From Lenisia limosa (Eukaryota; Protista; Breviatea): a stretch of DNA of 64,000 bases. The stretch spans positions 4,189 through 68,188 of the forward strand of contig LPNZ01007335.1 of the NCBI GenBank assembly GCA_001655205.1, written 5' to 3'. Below are positions 1-13,200 of the stretch, piece by piece. A program made the translations under genes and the position numbers. Numbering within the stretch: the stretch's first letter is position 1; each line of letters opens with the position of its first letter. Under the pieces are notes generated by a model that was not told the origin of the DNA, searched no databases, and saw only the letters and a list, made by a program, of their open reading frames with translations.

Positions 1-101
1 GTTATTGTTTTTCATCTCTTTTGTTTTATTTGAAGGTCCTTTGTGTTCTTTCTTGAGCTGGTTGCACGTTTAGTTTGCTAACACAGTCAGACTCATCACA
101 G

Positions 102-2527
102 ATGCAGTCCGTGAACAAGGCGATAAGTTCGGCTGCACCAATGTCGGCGCTGGCAAGAAGGTGAGTAAACTGGCTTTACATTTTGACCTTTTTCTTATGG
201 CTGATTTCTAACTGCCAAGGTTGTTGTTGAGTTTTCTTCTCCCAACATTGCCAAGCCTTTCCATGCTGGTCATCTCCGTTCCACCATCATCGGTAACTTC
301 ATTGCGGTCCTTCACCGCAAGCTAGGCTATGACGTTACTACGTAAGTCACTTGAATTCTGCTATCTCTTCAACTGAAATTTATACCTTTTCTCATTCTCT
401 CCTTAGCATCAACTATCTTGGCGATTGGGGAAAGCAGTACGGTCTTCTTGCCCTTGGTTTCAAGCAGTTTGTGGGTTTCTTCTCTGATTTTCAACCAAAA
501 ACAAAGCGGATGATGTAACCAAGCCCACTTCAGGTTCGGTGACCGCGAGGAGCTCAAGAAGTCCCCCATCCTTCACCTCTACCATGTTTACGTTGAGATC
601 AACAAACTTGCTGCCGACAACCCATCGATTCACGACGAGGCCCGTGCCTACTTCAAGCTCATGGAGGAAGGGTAAGGATCTGATAAGTTATTGACAGCGC
701 TAACAGATTACAGTTGAATTGACTTTATAGTGACGAGGAAGCTCTTTCTCTCTGGCGTGAGTTCCGTGAGCTCTCCATCGAGGAGTACAAGAAGATCTAC
801 CACCGTCTCAACGTTGAAGTGAGTTCTCTTCGATATTGTTGAATATTTTATCAGGAAATAACATGTTACAGTTTGACGTTTACTCTGGCGAGTCGATGAT
901 GAACGAAGGCATGCTCCGTGCCGTTGACGAGCTTACCAAGCAGGACCTCCTTGTCGAGGATAACGGCGCTATGGTAGGCGTGCCTTTGTGAGGGTTTCTT
1001 TAGTACCAAAAAAACAAATATCTCTCTTTTTTTTTGTTTTTGATTTATCGGTTTTTTACAACCTGATTGGAACACTAGTTATTGTCCTTAACCCTTTAGA
1101 TTGTCGACCTCAAGGCTGACAAGGCCGGTGTTGCCCTCATCAAGAAGACTGACGGTGCTACTCTTTACATTACCAGAGATATTGCCGCAGCCACTGAGAG
1201 ACATGAGAAGTACAACTTCGACAAGGTTGGTTGGATACCGGTAGACTTCGCTGTTGATGGCTTGAAAGTTTTCATGACTCTTCAGATGTTCTACATTGTT
1301 GGTGCCCAACAGGACTACCATTTCAAGCAGCTCTTCTCTCTGCTCAAGGTTTGTGATGATTAGCTCCACCTATCAACGCAATTTTGAATGATCCTATTTT
1401 CTGACATATCTCCAGAAAATGAAATGCGATTGGTCTACCAAGTGCCAACATGTCAACTTTGGTATGGTCCGTGGAATGTCCACCCGTAAGGGTACTGTGG
1501 TCTTCCTCAATGACATCCTTGAAGAGGCTAAGAACACCATGTATGAGAAGGTAAGCGTTGGTTATTTTTTCAACTTTTGGGCGTTTTGTTTAATCCTTGA
1601 AGATGAAGGAGAACCAGGAGAAGTTTGACTCAATGGAAGATCCCGAGGGTGTTTCTGACATTGTTGGTGTCTCCGCTGTGATTATCCAGGACATGCAAGC
1701 CAAGGTGAGAGCAGTTGTTGTTGGCTTTTTGGGGTTGTTTTTGTCCTTTGTATGTAATTTCACAGTATGTTTGCGTTATTCTACAGGGTTACAATTACCT
1801 ACCCGTTATGGACGTCACTTACGCTGTAGCGTGTCAAGGATTATGACTTTAACTGGGACCGTATGACTGCCACAGACGGCTACACTGGTCCTTACCTTCA
1901 GGTGAGTAAAACCAGCCTCAGTTTACTTTGCTGGATTTGACACTCACCTCATCAGTACGCCCACGCTCGTCTCTGCTCAATTGAGCGCAAATCAGGTATC
2001 TCAATGGAAGGTGAATTCGACTCATCTCTCGTTGCCAGCCACCCTGAAGTCCAAGCCCTTGCCCTTGAGATCGCCAAATACGCTGACGTTAGCCTTCCTC
2101 CTTTTCCTGTCTTCCCCTGCAACTCTTGTTGTTTGACCTCTCGTAGACTCTTGAAAGTGCCTCAAAGTCCTGCGAACCTTCTCACCTTCTCACCTACCTG
2201 TTCAACCTTGCCCATCTCATCACTTCTGGTTAGTTGGTTGACCAATGCTTTTCTGTTTCTTTGCTCCCCCCCCCCCCCNNNNNNNNNNNNNNNNNNNNNN
2301 NNNNNNNNNNNNNNNNNNNNNNNNNNNNNNNNNNNNNNNNNNNNNNNNNNNNNNNNNNNNNNNNCCTGCTGTTGCCAAAGCTCGTCTTATCTTCCTTTCT
2401 TCAGCCCGTGTCGTATGATGGGTTACATTGTGCCACATTTGGTCAAATCTCTTTTCAGCTCTTCACCTTTCAGGTTCTTGCTGATGGTATGAAGATCCTT
2501 GGTCTGCGCCCTCTCCAGAGCATGTAA
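102..2527 (+). CDS. RARS: Arginyl-tRNA synthetase (fungal/RARS2-type), 5' end outside window, multi-exon
   Basis: Spliced translation gives [26 protein letters not shown] (HIGH motif), [26 protein letters not shown] (KMSKS equivalent), [26 protein letters not shown] and [13 protein letters not shown] (TAA 2525-2527). Confidence 0.97.
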
Positions 2528-2837
2528 TTCTTCTTGTTTGGTCGAGGAGACTGCGCTCAATAGATGGTATATTTCAACAAGAGGAAGGACCATTCAAATG
2601 TGGATACGTATGGTGTCATTTGAAAACCATCAACAAAAACTGGGTAGCTTGCAAGTCCCTTGGGGTCTCTGGATTGAAATGGTTGAGAGATACACTGCAA
2701 AGCTCTCAAGCGTACATTTTATCAAGTCAAGACTATTCCAGAATTCCTCAATTCAATTCAACTCCCCGGCCGCGTACCTCATTTTTCACAAAAAAACAAT
2801 TCAAAAAAAGAACGTTTTTGTGATTGTTTTGTTAAGC

Positions 2838-4198
<1,361 letters not shown>

Positions 4199-4288
4199 AC
4201 GCCCTGTATTCATTTTTCATCCTTTTCTTCAAGCGGGGACTTCTCATGGACCATGGAAAATACATTAATAAAAAGCTAGATGAAACAA

Positions 4289-7200
4289 CTACAATAATGA
4301 GGGGACGTCTTCAGCCACCTCGGCCGGCGGCTCAGGTCGAAGACTTGGGTTCCGAACGAGGGTCATCGCTTTTAGCCACCTGCAAGGTTCAAATTGGTGC
4401 TCTGGGTAGCATCATTTCCAAATTACACTTACTAATAGTATATAGAAACTACTACTGTGTGTACATAAAAACAGTCTTATTCAAATGAGTATTAGTGGGG
4501 ACCAACCTATTACGGACAAGCCTTGCACGGGGGTTCGCCTTTCGGTGCCCACCCGGTCGTCGATGCTCTGTGTGTGTCAGCGAAGACGGAAATCAAGCAA
4601 AGTGCAAGCGTTGACCTGTTGACCCTCAAACCAGACACCAGTAATCCAATAAACACCCGCATGATCGGGTTATGGTATCGGTGATGCATGACACACAAGG
4701 CTCCAACTATATCGTAAGAAAGACTGTCACAAAGACTAACAGGAAGAGAAAGTACTTCTGTTCAATTTCGGGTCATCCACACGAGCATATGCTCTTGCTA
4801 CCTATACGAAGTGAAAACAACAGGTCACCGGGCACCTACGTTAAAAACGTATTTAATGAAGTGCCAGATAGCCTCAATGAAGCCTGCGAAGACGTATGAA
4901 AAGGACGCCATGAAGTCGTAAATGCCGAAGAGCCGACGACTGCACCGTCAAAAACTCTTCAAGGGCTGAAACTCACTAAATGATACTCTGTCGGTTGTCA
5001 GTAAGGATGTAGCGTCCACCGTTAACTATTATGAAACGTGCCCATGCACGGAAGGAGCCTGGTGTATGTGGTCAATTCAACAGTCATTCTCCTACCCAGC
5101 GTAATTGAAATGACCAAAAGGGAAAGGAGCCACTCTTCGGCTACATCCCCCCAAAACATCAACATTCCAAATAAGGCAAGCATCAGAAAGAGGAAGAAGA
5201 ACGTAATCATAAAATGAGCCGCCTTGACTGTAAGAGTCTCAAGAATATTCCATACCTGGAGGCCCGGGAAAGTCGTTACCGCCCAAGGTTGACAAATAGA
5301 TCTGTCAATGGCGAATTCACCTCTTCTGAGCATGAGTACCTGAGTGTTATTCGGCACCGGAAATGTCATGCTTACATGTTCCTTAAAATTGGAGAATATA
5401 GACTTCCAAAGCCAGAGCAGATAGAGTGTTGCCAAGACGAAAGCGAATAGACATGCTTTGATCACATCGATTTCAAAATCATCAACAAATTTGGAAATCT
5501 GTCAGAGTAAAAACACTACAAAGTGTCCAGTGGAATCCCTTGTAGCAGGGCCTACATCTTGCTGATAGGTGACGATCACAGCTGTTAACGCAGGTGACGG
5601 TTTGCCCCACCCCAAAAGCAAGCCTGAAAGTCAAAATGCTGCAAAGGAAAGTGTGTTGGACTAAACTAGATACTTGGGTATTACACACAAAAGCCCCTTG
5701 TACTTGGTAACGTGAGAGATATTTGTCCGAAAACCGCCAAAGCTGAAGGAGAAGAAGGGTCTTTGACAGAGTCAATATAGAACCTGACTTGCTGGCTAAA
5801 CTCCGGGTCATCTGGACGTCAGGTGATTGCATTCGTAGACTAATAAATACTCTTATGATATACTAATAGCATATCCTTGAAAGAAGTGAAACCCTATTTG
5901 TGAACAACGACATTTTTAGTCCACTATCTAAGTCATACCTGAGGTTTCAACAACGGCTAAAAGGGATTTGGCGGCAATTGAAGTCTCCCGCACAACCTAA
6001 AGCATAACAAAAGACTTGCGGGCAATACCTGTCGGATTTGCTGAACACCAAACTGGAACCACAGAATTCCAGCGTACATGCACGCTGCAACCATGACCAT
6101 TAACTAGAGAGTAAAAGGGAAGTGAATCGATTCTCAGCATACCAGGACCCAAAGTGATAGTGCAAGCCAGAGCCTCAAGGGGAAACGGAAAGGCTTCATG
6201 AAGGCCTGAGGATCACAATATGATTGGAATTATGAAGTAATTAGTAGCACCTGACAAAGCTGCTCATACTATCACCAAACAGTTACGTTACTACACCCAC
6301 CCTATTCTGAGAGAGTGGTCCAGGGGTGTACTTTTTCTTGTACTTCATCTTCTGGTGATGTGTCATTCGGTGCCATCCTTGCACTACTGGGTTCTTCCGT
6401 CGAAAAGCGGACTAATGAGGTGACCAACTATTGCCAATGGCAGTATCAGATGCAGTGTAGTGGCTCACTGTTTTATCCTCATCCTTGAGCCTGAAAGCTT
6501 CCTCATCTTCCGCTATTGTACTTCGATAAAATCCAAAAAATCGACCAATGGAACTACAGAAATGAGTTTTTTAATAAAAGATTGTTTGTTCCCACCTTTT
6601 CACAGAGTGTTTGATTTGATGAGGTTTATAAGAGATGTGCTGTTGGTGTGAGAAGCAGAGGAAATTACTCACCTTTCTGTCAAGGAGTTTCTTGACAAGG
6701 TTAATATCCATTTGTGACACTAAGGTTAGGGGGTATTCACCTTTCCTAGTCTTTATCTTTTCGGTGAGTTCAAAGAACCGAATAAATAAGAAGCTCACAA
6801 TTTGCTTGAAAAGAGACCAGATAAAGCTGGAGCAAATGAAGATAGTGAGGCATCTCAGGGCCATGTTATAAGCGTAAAGTGGGCGGTCGTATTTACCTTC
6901 TATCGATGGCGTTTCAATACTAAGGGATAACGACCATACTGACCAACGTTATGAAGATAGCAACCGTATAGGCGACCATGAAGGCAGCTCCGACGGGAAG
7001 AAGCCACGTGCGAACGCTACACTCCTCTTAGAATTGAAAAATAACAAAGTGCTTGTATATCATATGATATCATAAACAAGGCGTGAAACGACCAAAAGAC
7101 ACCCTTACCTCACCTGATAACGTTACTAAGTACAAGGGGGATGATTGGTAAAATCACAATGTAGAGCAGCATGTCAAAAGAGGCTGAAACGTAATTTTTT

Positions 7201-10200
7201 TTGAAAAGGTATGATGAACGACGGCTGAAAAATCAATAAAAGAGACAAATTTATGTTATGATGTTCTTCATGCTGCTTTTTATACCACCACCCTCACTGA
7301 AAACGGTTATGTCGGAGTTGAGAGAATTGATAAAGCAAAACTCATGAGACGGTTCAGATGCGACACCTCCGACCTGACATGTCAGTTTTCGTTCTGTTAG
7401 GCCTCCACTTACATAGAATATCAGACGGTAGGTCCCTGAAAGTCCGCTAATAAACCTAGACAAGTTAGCTGGTGGAAACTGCCGAAGCAGCATAGTGAGC
7501 CCCTTACAAGAGCAGCATAGCCCCTTACGAGAACAGCATAGCCCCTTACGAGAGCAGCATAGCCCCTTACAAGAGCAGCATAGCCCCTTACGAGAACAGC
7601 ATAGCCCCTTACGAGANNNNNNNNNNNNNNNNNNNNNNNNNNNNNNNNNNNNNNNNNNNNNNNNNNNNNNNNNNNNNNNNNNNNNNNNNNNNNNNNNNNN
7701 NNNNNNNNNNNNNNNNNNNNNNNNNNNNNNNNNNNNNNNNNNNNNNNNNNNNNNNNNNNNNNNNNNGCAGCATAGTGAGCCCCTTACGAGAAGTTGTCAA
7801 ACTGAAATGAGCCGTTTGCGTTTGTCGTTCCATTTGTGAAAGTGAACCGAGCAGAGTGAGTCTGTGTCCACTCTTCGCCATCCTGCATGGACCATAATGA
7901 AAGACCGGTATAAGGATGATACTATCATGAATTATTTGGGAAATTCAGTCGTGAATTAGATTTCAAATTCACTGTTATAGAAGTGAACCAACTGCACCTT
8001 CTTTTCGGCCACAACCCTGATGACTTTGAAACCGCTTGGACTGAGTCCTGCTGGATATTCCGTCCATCCGTCTATCAAGTGAATAGCATGTCAAGTGGTG
8101 TCTAATGAAAGCCACATGTAGTATGACACAATAATTCTCTCAAATATGTTGTGACAGGTGTATCAAGCCAGCACACCAGGCAGGTAAGGGATTGCCTTGA
8201 TCAAAGGCTGTTCTATTGAACTCTCGTCATTTCCTGAAGTCAAGCGGTGCTAATATGTTACTCAACCGAACAGAGAGGACCAACACAAAGCTGGCTGGAA
8301 CCTCCAGCAATGATAGCGTCGGAGACCGAAGAGGTCAGTCCAATTGGTTGTGTTTCTATTTCGACTCTGCAAGTTGTTAGGCTTTCAGACTACCCACCTT
8401 AATACAGTGTTCACAATTCGAATTGAAGAAGAGACAGCTTCAGTCCAGCTGGTCGATCTCATGGCCAACCCGTATTTATCATCTGCCATGTTAAAATTCC
8501 TGATGCAGACGTAGTATATCATATACTATATGTTATATCCTATTTCATATCATATACTCTTCACAATTACAATGCTATATTATATCATGTTAGCAAAAAC
8601 TATGAGCAGATTGATGACATGCCCCTTTGCCAACCCATATCCTGTGTAGCAGCCTGGGGGCGGAAGACAAGTCGATACATTCCGGTTTCAGCTGCGAGTA
8701 TACTGGGGAGAAAGAGTACCTGAGGTAGTGTAAACCGCAACCAGAGACCAAAGTCAAACCCCAAATGAAGAAGGCAGCCACATCGTACCTCTCCAAGGTG
8801 GTTAGAAACAGCGTAATCAGGGTCAATCACAGCGTTTTTACCAACTACAAAAGAAATAAGAAACTTCACAAGCACTTTTAAGAGTTCCTTTTTGTCCCAC
8901 TCCCCTCTCACGAGTTTCGAATTCCAAACAAAATGAGCGGCAACTTAAATAAATCTCATCTGGAAGAACATCCAGTGAAATGACCCCATCAGCCACTGAA
9001 TATGAGTCCAAGCATGAGAAGTTACCCACGGTTATCGGAAACGTATGGCAATGCAAAGCCCATTGTCCGAGCGGCCGACTGAATGCAGTTGACACAGTCC
9101 TTTGGTGGTGAAGACAGAGAGGGGAATGCTGCTTGATAGATTCAAAAAAGACCTACTTGACTGAAACGTTGGGCTGGTTCGATTGCCACATCCAAGTCGG
9201 CGTTGCTAACCCTGTTGCCTCCCTGAAGAGGTGAGGGTAAGAAGTGCACTCACTGCAGTGTACACAAGGAGATGGAAGGGAGGCCGATCGTATCCAACTG
9301 CATGCCCTCTCTGAGCGGCTGCTGAGCGGATGTTCACAAATCGGGCTGGAGTGTCACATTCGGATTGAGTGCGGCAAGAAGACTGACCCCCTTACAATCT
9401 GTTATGAGTCTGAGATACGAAGGTTGATTGGACACTGTGAGCGACCAACTCAGGTCGAGGCGCGATGACGGCATGTCGGCCAATTGGTAGGTGATAAGCG
9501 ACTAAGGAGTCAACGAGAGGCAGTGCTAACCTGGCCTGGGATAGCGGAGTTTACTGTTATTTCAGTGAAATCTGCTTGCTCCGTCTCGGGATCAACGGTT
9601 GCAATATTACCACTCAGTGCATCTGAAAATGTGAAAAGGCCGTCCCTATGTCAGGAAAGCTCACCATTGGTTTGACCCCTAATAACTGCCTCAATCCTAA
9701 CACGACACTCTGTATGCTTTCCAGAACATGGTGCTGCAATATGAGTTGTTGTAGAGAAATGGGAACTTCAAATATCATTGAAGTTGCCCCCCCCCACGGT
9801 AGTATGCGCCTTGGAGATGTACCAAGGGCTGTGAGGCTAACGGGAAACCTGTGGAAGCAATACTAAACAGTGATAACACCAATTACCACATACCTTGCAG
9901 AACTCTCAATAACAGAAATCTGAAGGTCCCAGACCGGACGAAACAACGTTTCCTTTATTGTCACAACAAATTATTATCATGTGTGCTTGGTAAGAGAATA
10001 TATCTAAATAGTATTACATGAATGAATCATAATATCATCACGATTTGCTTAGAGTATGTTTTAGAGTGGAAATTTGCTGACCTGAACTTTGACACATGCA
10101 TCCATGTTGCCCAGAGGACATAGAATCAGCGAATACTACAGAATCAGGACAAGAAACAACGCAACGGTCCTACGTTAATATCAGTGTTGCCGGCCATGAG

Positions 10201-13200
10201 ATAGAGAGTAGAGTTGAGCCGGCCGTTAGGGTCGGATGCCAGAAGAGTCGGGTAAATGCGGCAAGTCTCACTTGACTCATGAAAAATGAAGAGATTATGA
10301 GGTAAGCCGAAACGAAAACTCACGTTGTCTCTTCAGTAGATTCACACAACACTTCCACTGTGAAGTTTGAAAGAGGAGCAGACGTCTGTGGAGATAAGAC
10401 AGGGAGTTCTGAAACAAGAAAACCTTCGAGTCTTTCAACGTGGCAGTCAGAGGAAAGGGGAAGGGGTGCGTCACAGATATTGGAACAGCGGATATTGAGT
10501 CGTTCTGTATCGGAAAGATCAGGGAAAAAAAGCAAACCAGTGGTCTGGAGGTGACATCGACAGAAAAACTGTATGGATTGGCATGGATCATAAACACTTG
10601 ACTAAAGGGTCAGGACCTGGACCGAAAGCGTTACCTGGTCCTGGTGTTGGCGGTGGCAATGACAACCAAACGGCCAGCGAACCAGTCCGGTACGGGCAAT
10701 GTCACTGTGGACTTGCCATTCTCCAGCGTGAAGGCGGCACTTGATGGGATATCCCTGGGGGGGGGGGGGNNNNNNNNNNNNNNNNNNNNNNNNNNNNNNN
10801 NNNNNNNNNNNNNNNNNNNNNNNNNNNNNNNNNNNNNNNNCCTGGAAACATTGCCGTATACCGAGGCTAAACTATCAGTATCTTGAAACCACAGCAACTA
10901 TCAACAAACCTTGGACATTGGGGAAACTTCCATTATAATAAGATGCCCAGCAACAGGTTCAACATCCACGTTGGAGCGAAGCGTTACAACCGCCTGTCCG
11001 TTTACAGCTGTGTACTCCGAAGCACTTGGGTTCAAGTGAGCCAGAGAAGACTGGACTGGGAACACTCCAACCACGGCTAAAAGTTGTGAGTGTCCGAAGC
11101 CTCTTACCTCGGCTCACTTCCTCCCAAGTCTTCAGAAGGGGGTACCTCCTGTTCATCAATGGACACGCCTCATGCAACCTGAAAATCAACATGATACCTT
11201 GCACTTAGATTCCTTTTAAATGGCATACATTCTATGTAGAAATGAGAAAATCAAAAAAGTATCATTACACAAATAAAGGATTTCACCCGAAAAATTGCTT
11301 TGCACCCCGCGTATACCTCATGCTGATAGTGACCATATCCCCGTGTTGAACAGCGATGTTGAGTTTACTGCCTTCAGAAACCGTCACTACAATGTCAACG
11401 CGTTCACAAGAGCCAAACTCACATAAATCATCAGGCTCAACTTCAAACTTCATAGCGACCGAACTCTACAGAATAAAAGCTGACCCAGCCACATACTTTA
11501 ACAAAACTGCCCCAGCCACATACTTTATTTGCTGTAGTGAGGCAGTCAATGGGAATGTACTCGTCACTGTACTCAATTACATGGTCGTTTTGCTAAATAG
11601 GGTCAAAGGGACATGTAAAGAACGTTCAACAGTGTACCCAGAACTAACCACAAAAGAAGAAAAGGAGATTTCAGCACAGAGACACACTGACAATTCTGGT
11701 GCATATGATGCGTTACCACGCTGAAGCTAAAGGATTCAATTACCTTCCGTTCAGCGCCCCACCTCAATTTCCATGTCAAACACAGCCCCTGTATGGATAG
11801 TGTCGGGGACTGTCGAGTTGGCAGCTAAGTGAAGTTCCGCTTCAAACCTATCATGTCATAACTGGCGTTTGCAAAAAAGGTATCATGTGGATAAAACCTA
11901 TCATGTATAACCGGCCTGCAAAAAAGCTATCTCTCGGGTGCCTCACGGTTTTTCATAGCGCTCAAGGTACGTAAACGTATTACTGAAGAAGTTTGATCGA
12001 ATTCCATCAGATCTGAAAGTTAACAGGATAACACTTAGCCAACCTTGCATAGATTTGGTATTGCCTCCCTGAATAGTTAATGAAAGGGTTACTTCGTTCC
12101 ACCTACCATGTACACCCGCAGAGAAGAAAGGGTAAATAAGCAGCTGCCCATCAGGATACGCGACCATCATCTACAAGTCAATGTTAAGCTAATTGCCACA
12201 TACAGATTTGGCATGCTTGACCTGGACAAACCCGTCATCAGGTTCAGCATGGAGGGTTACGTGGTGTTTCTCGCCAAAGCCTATTCGATAAAATCAGATA
12301 AGAGATCAGGAAACTCACAGAAACCGTCAAAATCAGCAAATTGTATCATCAAAGGCGATTCCACTACTTCGTTTGTCTGAATGGTCACAAAGGATGCGAT
12401 TAGAGTTAGGAGCAGAATAACCCTTTACATACCCGGCAAATGTCATTTGTGCATTTTGGCTCAGCCTGAATCAAAAGCAAAGCAATTCGTGTCGACACCT
12501 AAACTTGTTACCCATCTCCCAGATCCTCTACTCACCGTTATCAGAGGACCCTTAAAGAGAGCGTCACCGCTTGAGACTTCCAGTCCAAATGAACCCACTC
12601 GACTATAGCGTCAAATGGAAAAACAGAAAATTAAAACCCCTCTCCCACGCTTGCTGCGAAAAGGCCAGAACTAAAGTGGTCACTCCCTGACTGTTCGTCA
12701 GTTGCACCTCTTCAGCGTAGTGGACCTAAAGCCCAGTAAGTCTCATGTCAATCATAAAATGTACTTCCAACTATTCATACCTTTTTAGAGTATCTGAAGA
12801 AGGTAATGTCATTGGTTGCCTGGGAAGTGGGGTAGGTCACACCATCTGAATATTAGTTCTTTCTGTACAAATTGAAGCATAAAACTACAGGCTTACTAAT
12901 GGAGTAGATATTCGCTTGTACGAGTGCTCCATCCACAGGGTGACCATTTTTGTTTTTCTGCTGAATGAGTAGCTTAAGATCCTTACCACAACGACAGGAA
13001 CTTGGAAGAACTCCTTTTCCATCACTTCACTTGGGAATTCTGCAGAGATGGTTCGACCCTATTTCGATCAATAGGGAAACCTATGAACAACAAAAAGAAT
13101 ACGAATTACCATATCATCGTCATTTTGAGCAATACTAAGGTATCTTGACTCTGTTGTACCCGGCAAGAAGGCTGAGATGTTGTCGATCATAAAACGAACA

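Noticed and set aside
5022-5465. Polycystin/PKD2 channel call for the hydrophobic ORF
   Set aside because: The resemblance is only generic hydrophobicity, and the ORF reads through introns. The downstream NPI and RW..TL.RNPSL motifs fit STRA6 much better.
7495-7839. CRISPR-like array or EQHSPLR repeat protein
   Set aside because: The units are contiguous with no unique spacers, the host is eukaryotic, and the array lies in an intron of the opposite-strand gene.
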